Shown piece by piece: positions 38,577 through 48,021 of a stretch of DNA of 64,000 bases. The stretch is from an uncultured Clostridia bacterium (GTDB lineage: Bacteria; Bacillota; Clostridia; Oscillospirales; Ruminococcaceae): contig CALWZE010000013.1 in NCBI GenBank assembly GCA_944385925.1, positions 29,699 to 93,698 on the forward strand. The letters are read 5' to 3'. A program made the position numbers and the translations under genes. Numbering within the stretch: the stretch's first letter is position 1; every line of letters starts with the position of its first letter. The notes beneath the pieces are model-generated. The model saw nothing but the letters and a program-made list of their open reading frames with translations, was not told where the DNA came from and did not search any database.

Positions 38577-39143
38577 TTATTTTGCATCTTTCAGAAGCGA
38601 AGCGTTCTGCCCAAGGTACACGGCGCCGGACAGGCCGGTAAAGGCAGCCAGGAACCAGATGACCCAGTTGGACCACAATTGCACCGTGCCAAGCTCGAGC
38701 GCACCGGCCTGCGCGAACTGCATCGCGAGCAGGATACCGACAATCGAGACCATCTGCAAAGCGGTCTTGACCTTTCCCCACCAGTTTGCGGCAATGACCT
38801 TGCCGTTGGATGAAACCGCAACGAGCCGCAGGCCCGAAACCATGAAATCGCGCGCAACAATAATGATAACGGCGACAGGGTTTGCGAGATCCAGTGCGAC
38901 AAAAGCGATAATCGCGCAGGTCACCAGAATCTTATCCGCAAGCGGATCGAGGAATTTACCGAAATTCGTCACAAGGTTATATTTCCTCGCTATCTTGCCG
39001 TCGAGAAAATCGGTAAAAGAAGCGACGGCAAAGATAATACACGACCACAGATAGTTGTTCGGTATACCGCTACAGAGCAAAAAGAGCAGGAATACCGGGA
39101 CCAGTACCGTCCGCATTACCGTCAGCTTATTTGGAAGATTCAT
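38577..39143 (-). CDS. pgsA: CDP-diacylglycerol--glycerol-3-phosphate 3-phosphatidyltransferase
   Basis: CDP-alcohol phosphatidyltransferase motif DGxxAR...G...DxxxD (FLDGKIARKYN...GKFLDPLADK). Start moved to the ATG at 39143. Confidence 0.9.
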   Translation of the reverse strand: MNLPNKLTVMRTVLVPVFLLFLLCSGIPNNYLWSCIIFAVASFTDFLDGKIARKYNLVTNFGKFLDPLADKILVTCAIIAFVALDLANPVAVIIIVARDFMVSGLRLVAVSSNGKVIAANWWGKVKTALQMVSIVGILLAMQFAQAGALELGTVQLWSNWVIWFLAAFTGLSGAVYLGQNASLLKDAK

Positions 39144-39263
39144 CTGCGCACACTCCATGCCTGAGAAAATTGACTGATTTGGTACATTATAAACCAAGTT
39201 AGCAAAAAAGTACAGTCGAAATCTACTAATTCACGGCCAAAACATCCTCTTTTTCTTGAGCCG

Positions 39264-40586
39264 TCAAATAAGCTCCCCATAAAGATCATACGCATCCGCT
39301 TCGACAATCCGCACCCGGTAAAGTTCGCCGGGCATCAGATCCGCTTCGGCAGGCAGCCAGATATTTGTGTCAATCTCGGGTGCGTCCGCTTCGCCGCGAC
39401 AGGCGAACAGTTCCCTGTCAAAGTCAAATCCATCGCAGATCACCTCATACTCCTGCCCGATCTGTGCCTGTCTTTTCTCTGCAAGAACGCCGCTTTGAAC
39501 CAGCTCGAACTGCTCGGCGCGGCGCAGCTTGGTCTGTTCATCCAGCTGCGGCTGCAGCTTTTCCGCCGCCGTTCCCTCCTCGCAGGAGAATGGGAAGCAG
39601 CCCGCACGGTCCAGACGCGCTTTTTTCAAAAATTCGCACAACTCAAGAAACTGTTCTTCCGTCTCCCCCGGAAAACCGACGATAAAGGTTGAGCGCAGGG
39701 TGATCTGCGGCATTGCCGCGCGCAGCTTTCCAATAAGCGCGAGCAACTTTTCGCTGTCTCCAAACCGCGCCATTCTTTTAAGCACCTCGCGGTTTGCGTG
39801 CTGCAAAGGAATATCCAGGTATTTCGCCACCTTGCCGCACGCGGCCATCGTCCGGATAAGCTCGTCGTCTATGCGATCGGGATAAGCATACAGCACCCGA
39901 ATTTTCCACAGTTCCTCTATCCTATCAAGTTCCCGCAGCAGCGCCGCGAGGCTGCTGCCGTCCGCAAGATCCCTGCCGTAATCCGTTGTGTCCTGCGCAA
40001 TCAGGATCAATTCCCGCACGCCCTGCGCAGCAAGTGCGCGCGCCTCAGCCAGAATATTCTGCATCGGCCGCGAACGGAAGGGACCGCGGATTTTGGGAAT
40101 CGCGCAATAGGTGCAGTGATTGGAGCAGCCCTCGGCAATCTTCAGATAAGCGTAATGCGGCGGCGTCGAAAGCGCCCGCTCCCCCTCTACTGCCAGTTCC
40201 TGCGCAGGTCCTCCGGCAATCACCCGCTCGCCCGCAAGCGTCCGCTCAACGACCTCAACAATATCGGCGTTTTTGCAAAGCCCGACAACCGCGTCGGTTT
40301 CAGGGATCAGCTCGCTGAGCTCCTGTCCATAGCGCTGTGCAAGACATCCGGTCACAACAACGGCGCGAAGCGTCCCGCTCTCTTTCTCCCGCACCATATC
40401 AAAAATGTTGTCGATCGCCTCTTTTTTTGCGCTTTCGATAAATCCGCAGGTATTGATCACCGCGCAATCGGCGCCGTCCGGCCCGGGAACCACCTCATGT
40501 CCCGCGTCCAGCAGGCGGCGCGCCATGATTTCCGCGTCGATTCTGTTTTTATCGCACCCGAGCGAGATAAAGAAAATTTTTGCCAT
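39264..40586 (-). CDS. rimO: Ribosomal protein S12 methylthiotransferase
   Basis: UPF0004 N-domain (FISLGCDKN), radical-SAM CSNHCTYC and a C-terminal TRAM domain. The start overlaps the recX stop by 1 nt (TGATG). Confidence 0.88.
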   Translation of the reverse strand: MAKIFFISLGCDKNRIDAEIMARRLLDAGHEVVPGPDGADCAVINTCGFIESAKKEAIDNIFDMVREKESGTLRAVVVTGCLAQRYGQELSELIPETDAVVGLCKNADIVEVVERTLAGERVIAGGPAQELAVEGERALSTPPHYAYLKIAEGCSNHCTYCAIPKIRGPFRSRPMQNILAEARALAAQGVRELILIAQDTTDYGRDLADGSSLAALLRELDRIEELWKIRVLYAYPDRIDDELIRTMAACGKVAKYLDIPLQHANREVLKRMARFGDSEKLLALIGKLRAAMPQITLRSTFIVGFPGETEEQFLELCEFLKKARLDRAGCFPFSCEEGTAAEKLQPQLDEQTKLRRAEQFELVQSGVLAEKRQAQIGQEYEVICDGFDFDRELFACRGEADAPEIDTNIWLPAEADLMPGELYRVRIVEADAYDLYGELI

Positions 40587-41230
40587 CAGAAAAACTCCTC
40601 ACCGCAATCCTGTTCATCCGCATCCTGTCCAAATGCTTCCAGCGCGGCGCGGATATCCCGCAGCGAAAAGCCGCGCCGCATAAGCGCTGCGGTCACCGCA
40701 CGGTAACCGTCCGGTTTTTGCAGCCGCAAACGGTATTTTTTGTCAATCAACGCCCGCAGAGTGCCGGTTTCGTCCCGTTCAAACTGCTCCAGCGCCTGCT
40801 TCGCGATTTCGCGGCTGACGCCCTTCTCCAGCAGCTTCTGTTCCGCTTCGCGCAGACTTTTGCCCTTGCGCAGCAGTTCCTGCGCATAGCGTTCGGCAAA
40901 GCGCCGGTCATCGATCAGCCCAAGCTCCTGCATTCTTGCCGCCGCCCTCGCTGCGGTATCGGCGTCAAAGCTCTTTTCCAGCTTGCGCACCAGTTCTCTT
41001 TGCGCATGTTCCCGCATTCCAAGCAGATCCAGCGCCTTGCTTTCGGCGCGGCGCAAGTCGCTTGCAGAAAGCAGTTCATTCATCTGCCGGTCGTCAAACA
41101 CGCTTCCCTTACGGATTCCAAAACGCACAAAGGTATCCTCATCCACCGAAAAAAGAAACCCCTGTGCGCAAAAAAGGGCATATCTGCCCTTTTTCGTCTG
41201 CTTGATCTGTGTGATCTCAACCGCTGCCAT
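40586..41230 (-). CDS. recX: Recombination regulator RecX
   Basis: 214 aa of helical-repeat sequence, starting 2 nt after the recA stop. The position and sequence character fit RecX. Confidence 0.85.
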   Translation of the reverse strand: MAAVEITQIKQTKKGRYALFCAQGFLFSVDEDTFVRFGIRKGSVFDDRQMNELLSASDLRRAESKALDLLGMREHAQRELVRKLEKSFDADTAARAAARMQELGLIDDRRFAERYAQELLRKGKSLREAEQKLLEKGVSREIAKQALEQFERDETGTLRALIDKKYRLRLQKPDGYRAVTAALMRRGFSLRDIRAALEAFGQDADEQDCGEEFF

Positions 41231-41232
41231 GC

Positions 41233-42327
41233 TCAGTCATCCACTTCAACGTCAATGGGCGCGGAAGGCACAATCACCGGCTTTGCGCTTTCCTTGGCTT
41301 CCGCCGGTTTTGCCGCGGCCTTCGCAGCGCGCGGGCTCAGAAGCCTGTCCTTGTTCTCCCGCACCTGCTTTTCGATTTCCGCCATAAACTCCGGGTTTTC
41401 CTGCAAATACTTTTTGACGTTGTCTCTTCCCTGGCCGAGCCGGGTCTCGCCGTAATTGAACCAGGCGCCGGATTTCTGGATGATGTCCAGCTTGACCGCA
41501 AGGTCAAGAATCTCTCCGACCTTGGAAATGCCCTGGCCGTACATGATGTCAAATTCACCCTCCTTAAAGGGAGGCGCCACCTTGTTCTTGACTACTTTGG
41601 CGCGGGTGCGGTTGCCGATTACCTCGCTGCCAACCTTAATGGATTCGGTGCGCCGCACGTCGATACGCACCGAGGCGTAAAACTTCAGCGCACGGCCGCC
41701 CGGCGTCGTTTCGGGGTTCCCGTACATCACGCCGATTTTTTCACGCAGCTGGTTGATAAAGATGCATACCGCGTTGGACTTGCTCACGACCGAGGTCAGC
41801 TTGCGCAGGCCCTGAGACATCAGACGCGCCTGAAGGCCGACATGGGTGTCGCCCATATCTCCCTCGATCTCGGCGCGGGTGGTCATCGCCGCAACCGAGT
41901 CGATGACGATAACGTCGATAGCGCCCGAACGGGTCAGCGCTTCGGCGATTTCCAGCGCCTGTTCCCCGGTATCCGGCTGGGACACAAGAAGGTTGTCGAT
42001 GTTAACGCCAAGCGCCCGGGCATAGGTCGGGTCCAGCGCATGTTCAACGTCGATAAACGCCGCTTCGCCGCCGGCTTTCTGCGCCTCGGCGACTACATGC
42101 AGAGCAACTGTTGTTTTACCCGAACTCTCCGGCCCGTAAATCTCAACGATTCTTCCGCGGGGCAGACCGCCAATTCCCAGCGCAATATCCAGCGAAAGCG
42201 AACCCGTCGAGATCGCCTCCACGTTCATCGCTGCATTCTGGCCAAGCTTCATGACCGCGCCTTTTCCGAACTGTTTTTCAATCTGGGCAAGCGCCGTATC
42301 CAGCGCGGTTTTCTTATCTGTCGCCAT
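41233..42327 (-). CDS. recA: Recombinase RecA
   Basis: [16 protein letters not shown], Walker [10 protein letters not shown] and the L1/L2 regions. Start moved to the ATG at 42327. Confidence 0.97.
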   Translation of the reverse strand: MATDKKTALDTALAQIEKQFGKGAVMKLGQNAAMNVEAISTGSLSLDIALGIGGLPRGRIVEIYGPESSGKTTVALHVVAEAQKAGGEAAFIDVEHALDPTYARALGVNIDNLLVSQPDTGEQALEIAEALTRSGAIDVIVIDSVAAMTTRAEIEGDMGDTHVGLQARLMSQGLRKLTSVVSKSNAVCIFINQLREKIGVMYGNPETTPGGRALKFYASVRIDVRRTESIKVGSEVIGNRTRAKVVKNKVAPPFKEGEFDIMYGQGISKVGEILDLAVKLDIIQKSGAWFNYGETRLGQGRDNVKKYLQENPEFMAEIEKQVRENKDRLLSPRAAKAAAKPAEAKESAKPVIVPSAPIDVEVDD

Positions 42328-42371
42328 ATTCAATTTCTCTCTTTCTGTTCGCAAGCCTGCTTTTTCAAAAA

Positions 42372-42385
42372 AGAACTTATGTTCT
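42372..42385. promoter_or_regulatory. LexA (Cheo/SOS) box upstream of recA
   Basis: AGAACttatGTTCT fits GAAC-N4-GTTC and lies 45-58 nt upstream of the recA ATG. Confidence 0.7.
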
Positions 42386-42607
42386 CAATTTCTTCTGCTT
42401 TGGATTATACACGAAACGCACGCAAAACACAATTGTTTTCAAAATCTTTTTTCAGCCGGATAATCCCGCATTTCCTCCTCTTTACTTTTTGCATTTGCCC
42501 GCGCGTTTTTCCATCGCGGCTGCGCTTCGCCAAAATCCCGTTTTTTATCTGGGGCGCTGTGTAAAAACTTCCGCGCGGCCCCGTGAGTTTCTCGGGGCCG
42601 GTGCTTT

Positions 42608-43459
42608 TTAAACGCCGCCGTCCGGCCGGCAGCCGATCACATTGCGCGGCAGTCCAAACAAATCGCAGACCACCTCAACGCAGGTATAACCCGCCGCCTT
42701 CATCATCTCCGCGACCGTTTCGGTCTGATCGAACCCGGTTTCCAGCGCCATCCAGCCCCCGCGGCGCAGCAGCGGCAGATAGGCCGGTATGATGTGCCGG
42801 TAGAACATCAGCCCATCCTCTCCGCCGACAAAGGCCATCTCCGGCTCGCGTTCCAGTTCGCGCAGGTTTTCCTGATAATCCGATCGGGTCACATAGGGCG
42901 GGTTGGCGGTTATCAGGTCAAAATAGTCCTGCGCAAAAAGCGACTGTGCTTGCAGCACATCCGCCTGAATGACCCTCAAGCCGCCGCAAAGCGCCTCTGC
43001 GTTGCGGCGCAAATACTCCAGCGCCTGCTGCGAAAGCTCGAGCGCACTGACCTCAGCCTCGGGCAGGGCGCGCTTTATTGCGATAGCGACGCAGCCGCTG
43101 CCGCTGCAAAGATCCAGCACGCGCGGCGCGTCCTTTCCCCGCAGACGCAAAACGCCCTGCTGAGCAAGCTGCTCTGTTTCCGGGCGCGGAATCAACACGC
43201 CCGGCCCCACTTCCAGTTCAAAATCCAGAAAGGGCCATCGTCCCGCAATGTATTGCAGCGGTTCGCCGCCAAGCCTTCTTGCCAGCACCTGCCGCAGCTG
43301 ATCCGCAGCCGCCTGATCTATGATCTCGTCGGGCTGCAAAACACCCGGCCGCTTTCCGAGCCCGCATTCAAAAAGCACGTTTATTTCATTTTGATTATAT
43401 AGCCCTGCGCGCTCGAGCGCCGCGCGGACCTCTCGAATAAGTTCAGCAGCCGCCGGCAT
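42608..43459 (-). CDS. prmC: Peptide chain release factor N5-glutamine methyltransferase
   Basis: SAM motif VLDLCSGSG and NPPY catalytic motif (ITANPPYV). Confidence 0.9.
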   Translation of the reverse strand: MPAAAELIREVRAALERAGLYNQNEINVLFECGLGKRPGVLQPDEIIDQAAADQLRQVLARRLGGEPLQYIAGRWPFLDFELEVGPGVLIPRPETEQLAQQGVLRLRGKDAPRVLDLCSGSGCVAIAIKRALPEAEVSALELSQQALEYLRRNAEALCGGLRVIQADVLQAQSLFAQDYFDLITANPPYVTRSDYQENLRELEREPEMAFVGGEDGLMFYRHIIPAYLPLLRRGGWMALETGFDQTETVAEMMKAAGYTCVEVVCDLFGLPRNVIGCRPDGGV

Positions 43460-44367
43460 CAGACCTGTTCTCCGCCTTCCGGAATCACCGCGACCAGCGA
43501 GGCAATGCCGACTTCTATCATACTGTCATCCGGCTCGAAAGCAGTCAGATGCTGCACAAGCAGACCCGGCGCGGACAGCGCGCGGGCAAACCAGTTGTCA
43601 TGTGTGCCCGCATACTGGATGATCTCATAAGAAAAGCCCATAACGACCGGCAGGCAGAGCACTTTGAGCAGTGCACGCACCAGAGTGTTCCCCCAGGGCA
43701 GGAAAGAACCGATAATAATGCTGACAATAATGACGATAAACAGAAAGCTGGTGCCGCAGCGCGGATGGAAGCGGGAATACTTGCGGACATTCTCTACCGT
43801 AAGCTCTTCACCATGCTCATAGCAGGCAATCGTCTTATGCTCGGCGCCGTGATATTCAAAAACACGGTGAATGTCCTTCATGCGGGTCACCAAAAACAAA
43901 TAGCCGAAAAACAGCACAAGCTTGAGCAGGCCTTCAATAACCGGTTTAAAAGCGACGAGCGGGAGCAGATAGGAGAGCCGCCCCGTAATCAGGGTCGGCA
44001 GCACCATAAAAAGAACGATTGCAAGCAATCCGCCAAGCACGCCGCTGAGCACGCCGACCCAGGAATTGTCCAGTTCCTTTTTTCTCTTTGCCTTCTCGTC
44101 GTATTTTGCTTTTTCCGCTTCCTCCGGATAAGCGTAATCCGCCGCCTTCATTAAGTATTTGTAGCCGCCCACGAGACTGAGGATCATGGCGACAGCGCCG
44201 CGGACAATCGGGATTTTTTTCGTCGGGTTCTGCGTGGTCGGGTACAGCTCGGTGTGCAGCGTTCCGTCCGGAAGCCGCACCGCAAGGCAGGTCTGCTGCG
44301 GTCCGCGCATCGCAATGCCTTCAATAACCGCCTGCCCGCCGATTTTGGATTTGAATTTTTCCTGCAT
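43459..44367 (-). CDS. DUF1385-family membrane protein
   Basis: N-terminus IGGQAVIEGIAMRGP and the HGAEHK motif. The position upstream of prmC is conserved. Confidence 0.85.
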   Translation of the reverse strand: MQEKFKSKIGGQAVIEGIAMRGPQQTCLAVRLPDGTLHTELYPTTQNPTKKIPIVRGAVAMILSLVGGYKYLMKAADYAYPEEAEKAKYDEKAKRKKELDNSWVGVLSGVLGGLLAIVLFMVLPTLITGRLSYLLPLVAFKPVIEGLLKLVLFFGYLFLVTRMKDIHRVFEYHGAEHKTIACYEHGEELTVENVRKYSRFHPRCGTSFLFIVIIVSIIIGSFLPWGNTLVRALLKVLCLPVVMGFSYEIIQYAGTHDNWFARALSAPGLLVQHLTAFEPDDSMIEVGIASLVAVIPEGGEQV

Positions 44368-44369
44368 GG

Positions 44370-45803
44370 TTACTCCTTATTTTTTTCAAGCAGCGGCAGA
44401 CTGACCGTCACGGTCGTTCCCTTGCCGAGCGTGCTTTCGAATTTAATCTCTCCGCCATGGGTCGTCAGAATTTCCTTGACCACCGCAAGGCCGATGCCGG
44501 AACCGGTCACCGAGTTGCTCGCCTTGAAATAGCGGGTCGTGATATGCTCCAGGTCCTCAGGCGGAATGCCTTTCCCGGTATCCCTGGTCGCGACATAGAC
44601 AAACCCGTCCTCTTTCTTCAAGCTCACCGTGATCTTTCCGCCGGCAGAGGAATACTTTATCGCATTATCAAAAATATTGGAAAAGACCTGCCGCAGCCGG
44701 TTCCTGTCCGCCATGACCATCACGGTCTTATAGCATGTTCTAAAAGTAAAGCTCATGTTCATGCGCTGCGCGCGCATCTCGACGATCTGCACCGCCTGCC
44801 GAATCTCCTCAATCAGATTTAGCGGCGCAAAGCTGACCTTCAGGCTGCTGGATTGCAGCCTGGAAAAGTCCAGCAGATCCTCAACAAGGATGGATAGCCT
44901 GTCGGTCTCGTTGACGATGATCTGCATGCCCTTGTCGAAGTTTTCGCGATCATCCGGGCCAAGTGCAGCGAGCGTCTCCGCCCATCCCTTGATCGAGGTC
45001 AGCGGGGTGCGCAGCTCATGGGAAACGCTGGAAACAAACTCGTTTTTCATTCTGGTCGTCTGGCTCAGCCCAAACGCCATGTCGTTGATGATATCGCACA
45101 AATCGCCGATTTCATCATTGTACTTGTTCTCGATGCGCACATCGTAATCGCCGTCCGCAATGCGGGAGGCAGTCCGTCCGATGTCTCCGATCGGTATAAC
45201 GATCGAGCGAATAAAATAAGCGCCCGAGAAGATGGTAAAGAGCATAATCACAAGGTCGACCGCCACAATGATCTCGGCAATCTTTATGAGCTGCTCGTCC
45301 ACTCCGCGCAGCGAGCTGACAAAGCGGATCGCCTCGGTATCTCCGATCGGGCTGCCCAGCAGCTGGGTCACCGCGATGATATGCTCGCGATTGCTGGAAT
45401 ATCCGATATAAGCGGCCTGGCCGTCAGCGTTTTTTACCGCCATATAATAATCGTCCAGCGGCTCCGTGTTGTCCGGCGAAAAACCGCTGGAGGTCACCAG
45501 CGCTTTCCCGTCCGAATCGACCAGCATAAATTCAAACCGGTCTTTTTCATTAAAGTCCTCCACCAGACTGTGCAGCATGGATATGCGGTCCTGCATGTTC
45601 TCTCCCGCCGAAGAGATGATGCGCATGGTGGAACGCACCCGCCATTCGATGGCCTGCCGTGCGGAGGAATAGTAGCTCTGACGCAGCGAGACGATGATGG
45701 CGGCGGAAGCCACAATGATGATAACCAGCGTCGACAAAACCCCGACGATGATCCATCGCCGGGTTATGCCCGAATAACGCATTTTTCTTTCTGCCTTCGC
45801 CAT
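44370..45803 (-). CDS. Sensor histidine kinase (TM, extracellular loop, TM, HAMP, HisKA, HATPase_c)
   Basis: H-box SHELRTPLTSI plus N, G1 and G2 boxes. ATG at 45803 after GGGAG. Confidence 0.85.
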   Translation of the reverse strand: MAKAERKMRYSGITRRWIIVGVLSTLVIIIVASAAIIVSLRQSYYSSARQAIEWRVRSTMRIISSAGENMQDRISMLHSLVEDFNEKDRFEFMLVDSDGKALVTSSGFSPDNTEPLDDYYMAVKNADGQAAYIGYSSNREHIIAVTQLLGSPIGDTEAIRFVSSLRGVDEQLIKIAEIIVAVDLVIMLFTIFSGAYFIRSIVIPIGDIGRTASRIADGDYDVRIENKYNDEIGDLCDIINDMAFGLSQTTRMKNEFVSSVSHELRTPLTSIKGWAETLAALGPDDRENFDKGMQIIVNETDRLSILVEDLLDFSRLQSSSLKVSFAPLNLIEEIRQAVQIVEMRAQRMNMSFTFRTCYKTVMVMADRNRLRQVFSNIFDNAIKYSSAGGKITVSLKKEDGFVYVATRDTGKGIPPEDLEHITTRYFKASNSVTGSGIGLAVVKEILTTHGGEIKFESTLGKGTTVTVSLPLLEKNKE

Positions 45804-45834
45804 TCTTTCTCCCGCGCCCAAGCGCCGCGCTTTG

Positions 45835-46527
45835 TTAAGCGTTCCAGCGGTATCCGTATCCCCACACCGTCGCTATGTGTTTCACGCCGCTGTCATCCTC
45901 TATTTTATTGCGCAGCCGGCAGACGTTTACGTCCACGATTTTGATGTCTCCGTAGTAGTTTTTTCCCCAGACCGCTTTCAGGATACGGTCGCGGTCCAGC
46001 GCCACGCCCGGATTTTCAAAAAACAGCTCCATGATCTGATACTCCACCTGGGTCAGGTTGAGCTCTTTTCCGTTTTTTGTCAGTATCCGGGAATTTGTAT
46101 CCAGCACAAAATCGCCGCTGATCAGCTTTTTGCCCTCCCGCGAAGCCGGCGAGGAGGCTGATATGCGGCGATAAATCGCATCGACCCTTGCCACGAGCTC
46201 CTTAATGCTGAATGGTTTGGTGACATAGTCGTCCGCACCGGTCGCAAGGCCCTCGATCTTATCCTCTTCCTGGGTACGAGCGGTCAGCATGATGATCCCG
46301 ATGCGGGAATTCTCCTTGCGGATCAGCCCGCAGAGTTCCAGTCCGGACATCCCCGGCAGCATGATGTCAAGCAGCGCGATGCCAAAACTCTCCGGCGCTT
46401 CGTTATAAAGCTCCAGCCCATGTTCGGCGCTTTCCGCACCGAGCACCTCATAACCCGCAAGTTTCAGGTTCAGCGTGACCAGATCCCGGATTGCATACTC
46501 GTCCTCAACTACCAACACTTTTTTCAT
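45835..46527 (-). CDS. OmpR/PhoB-family response regulator
   Basis: Receiver domain (VLVVEDE...DIMLPGMSG...K) plus a winged-helix domain ending YGYRWN. ATG at 46527 after GGAGG. Confidence 0.9.
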   Translation of the reverse strand: MKKVLVVEDEYAIRDLVTLNLKLAGYEVLGAESAEHGLELYNEAPESFGIALLDIMLPGMSGLELCGLIRKENSRIGIIMLTARTQEEDKIEGLATGADDYVTKPFSIKELVARVDAIYRRISASSPASREGKKLISGDFVLDTNSRILTKNGKELNLTQVEYQIMELFFENPGVALDRDRILKAVWGKNYYGDIKIVDVNVCRLRNKIEDDSGVKHIATVWGYGYRWNA

Positions 46528-46590
46528 GGATCTCAACCTCCATTCAGGCGTTGTTGATCATTTTTTTTGAAATCCTTGAGCGCCGGCCGC

Positions 46591-47862
46591 TCAAAGAATT
46601 GAAAAGTTATTTTTAATATAATTCAGTTCCTCATTGGTACAGTCCGCCTGCAAATAATAGCGATAAGAGCCGGACTGGGTGATCAGCTGAAAACCGTTGC
46701 GAACATAATTGGCCGCATCTTCACCGATCTCAAGGATCTTCAGCCGCAGCCGCACCGTTTCGGTTGCCGTATCATAAAGCTCAATCATCCGCGGCTCCAT
46801 CTGAACGCCGCTCGCCACAACGACGCTGGAAAGCCAGCTGTCCGGGATCATGATCGCCACCTGATAATCGTCGTCCACGTAGCTTGCCCCCGCATAGACG
46901 ATCTCCTCATCCATCACGGTGTACCAGTAAGTCCAGCTAAGCGGCTGGTAGACATCAGCATATGGCGGCTGCTCCGAGGGAATATAGACGCGGTACCCGC
47001 CGAACACAGCCTGACAATTAAGGGACTCTACCGAACGCCGGGACACTTCGGCAAGTTCATAGCCGTCTGCCAGCGCAACCGGCTCCAGCTCGGTTCCGTT
47101 AAGCACAAAGGTCTCGGTGATTTTCATCGATTCGCCGACAATTTCATCCACAAATATTGCCTGCCGGCCGTCTGAAAGCATGCCGGCTGAAATACTCGCA
47201 CTCGCAAGGGCCTCCTGACTCAGCTCGCATTCTCCGGTCAGCGCGAGCGCTCCGCCGCTGTTGTCCACGTATTTGACCATAAGCGGTTCGGCAGTGCTTC
47301 CGGGCGTAATATAGCAGAATTCCTTGAATCCGTCCTTATCCAGATCATAAACCAGAATGTCCGAAACCGTATCCTCAAAGCCGGGCGTAATGCGGCCATT
47401 TTCAAAGTGATATGCGGTCAGCTGATTGCCGCGGCTGTTCGTATTGGACCACTCCACAAGCAGAAACCGGCCCTCTTCATCCTCCAGACGAATCACGCTG
47501 ATTGATTCAACATCTGTGCCAGCTCCCTGCTGCACACCTGCAATCTTCCAAACGTCGCCGTCTTTTTTAAGCACCGCAAGCATGGCGTAGACGTCCTCGG
47601 TCGGCACCGAGAAAAACACAACCGCCTCGCTTGTCCCGTCCGCATCAAGATCGATAAACTGAATCGGTGCACGCCGCTCACCGGACGCCGGATATTTCAG
47701 CACCGTTTTCTCTTCCGTATAAGTGTTGAGCGCATCAAGCACCGCGCTCTGATCCGCTGTCAGCGCGGGTGCCGACAACATCTCTTCAACGGTCAGACCG
47801 GACGCACAGCCGGCAAGCAGGGACAGCGCGCAGATCAGCAACAGCACAGCCAGTTTTCTCAT
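46591..47862 (-). CDS. Lipoprotein of unknown function with two DxDxDG-type motifs
   Basis: Lipobox LLAGC|AS, with DLDADGTSE and DLDKDGFKE motifs. It is the first gene of the lipoprotein-RR-HK string. GGGAGGG RBS. Confidence 0.7.
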   Translation of the reverse strand: MRKLAVLLLICALSLLAGCASGLTVEEMLSAPALTADQSAVLDALNTYTEEKTVLKYPASGERRAPIQFIDLDADGTSEAVVFFSVPTEDVYAMLAVLKKDGDVWKIAGVQQGAGTDVESISVIRLEDEEGRFLLVEWSNTNSRGNQLTAYHFENGRITPGFEDTVSDILVYDLDKDGFKEFCYITPGSTAEPLMVKYVDNSGGALALTGECELSQEALASASISAGMLSDGRQAIFVDEIVGESMKITETFVLNGTELEPVALADGYELAEVSRRSVESLNCQAVFGGYRVYIPSEQPPYADVYQPLSWTYWYTVMDEEIVYAGASYVDDDYQVAIMIPDSWLSSVVVASGVQMEPRMIELYDTATETVRLRLKILEIGEDAANYVRNGFQLITQSGSYRYYLQADCTNEELNYIKNNFSIL

Positions 47863-48021
47863 GCACGGTCCCTCCCGTCCTCTCTAATGTGTTATTACTA
47901 TATAATTTTGCGCCGGAATAGTCAAACCGATTGACTTTGACACGGAATTTTGCGAAAATATTGAACGAGAATTTCTGCGCCATGAACCTCTTAAAGTCTA
48001 AGTGTCAGAAAGGGTATGCAT

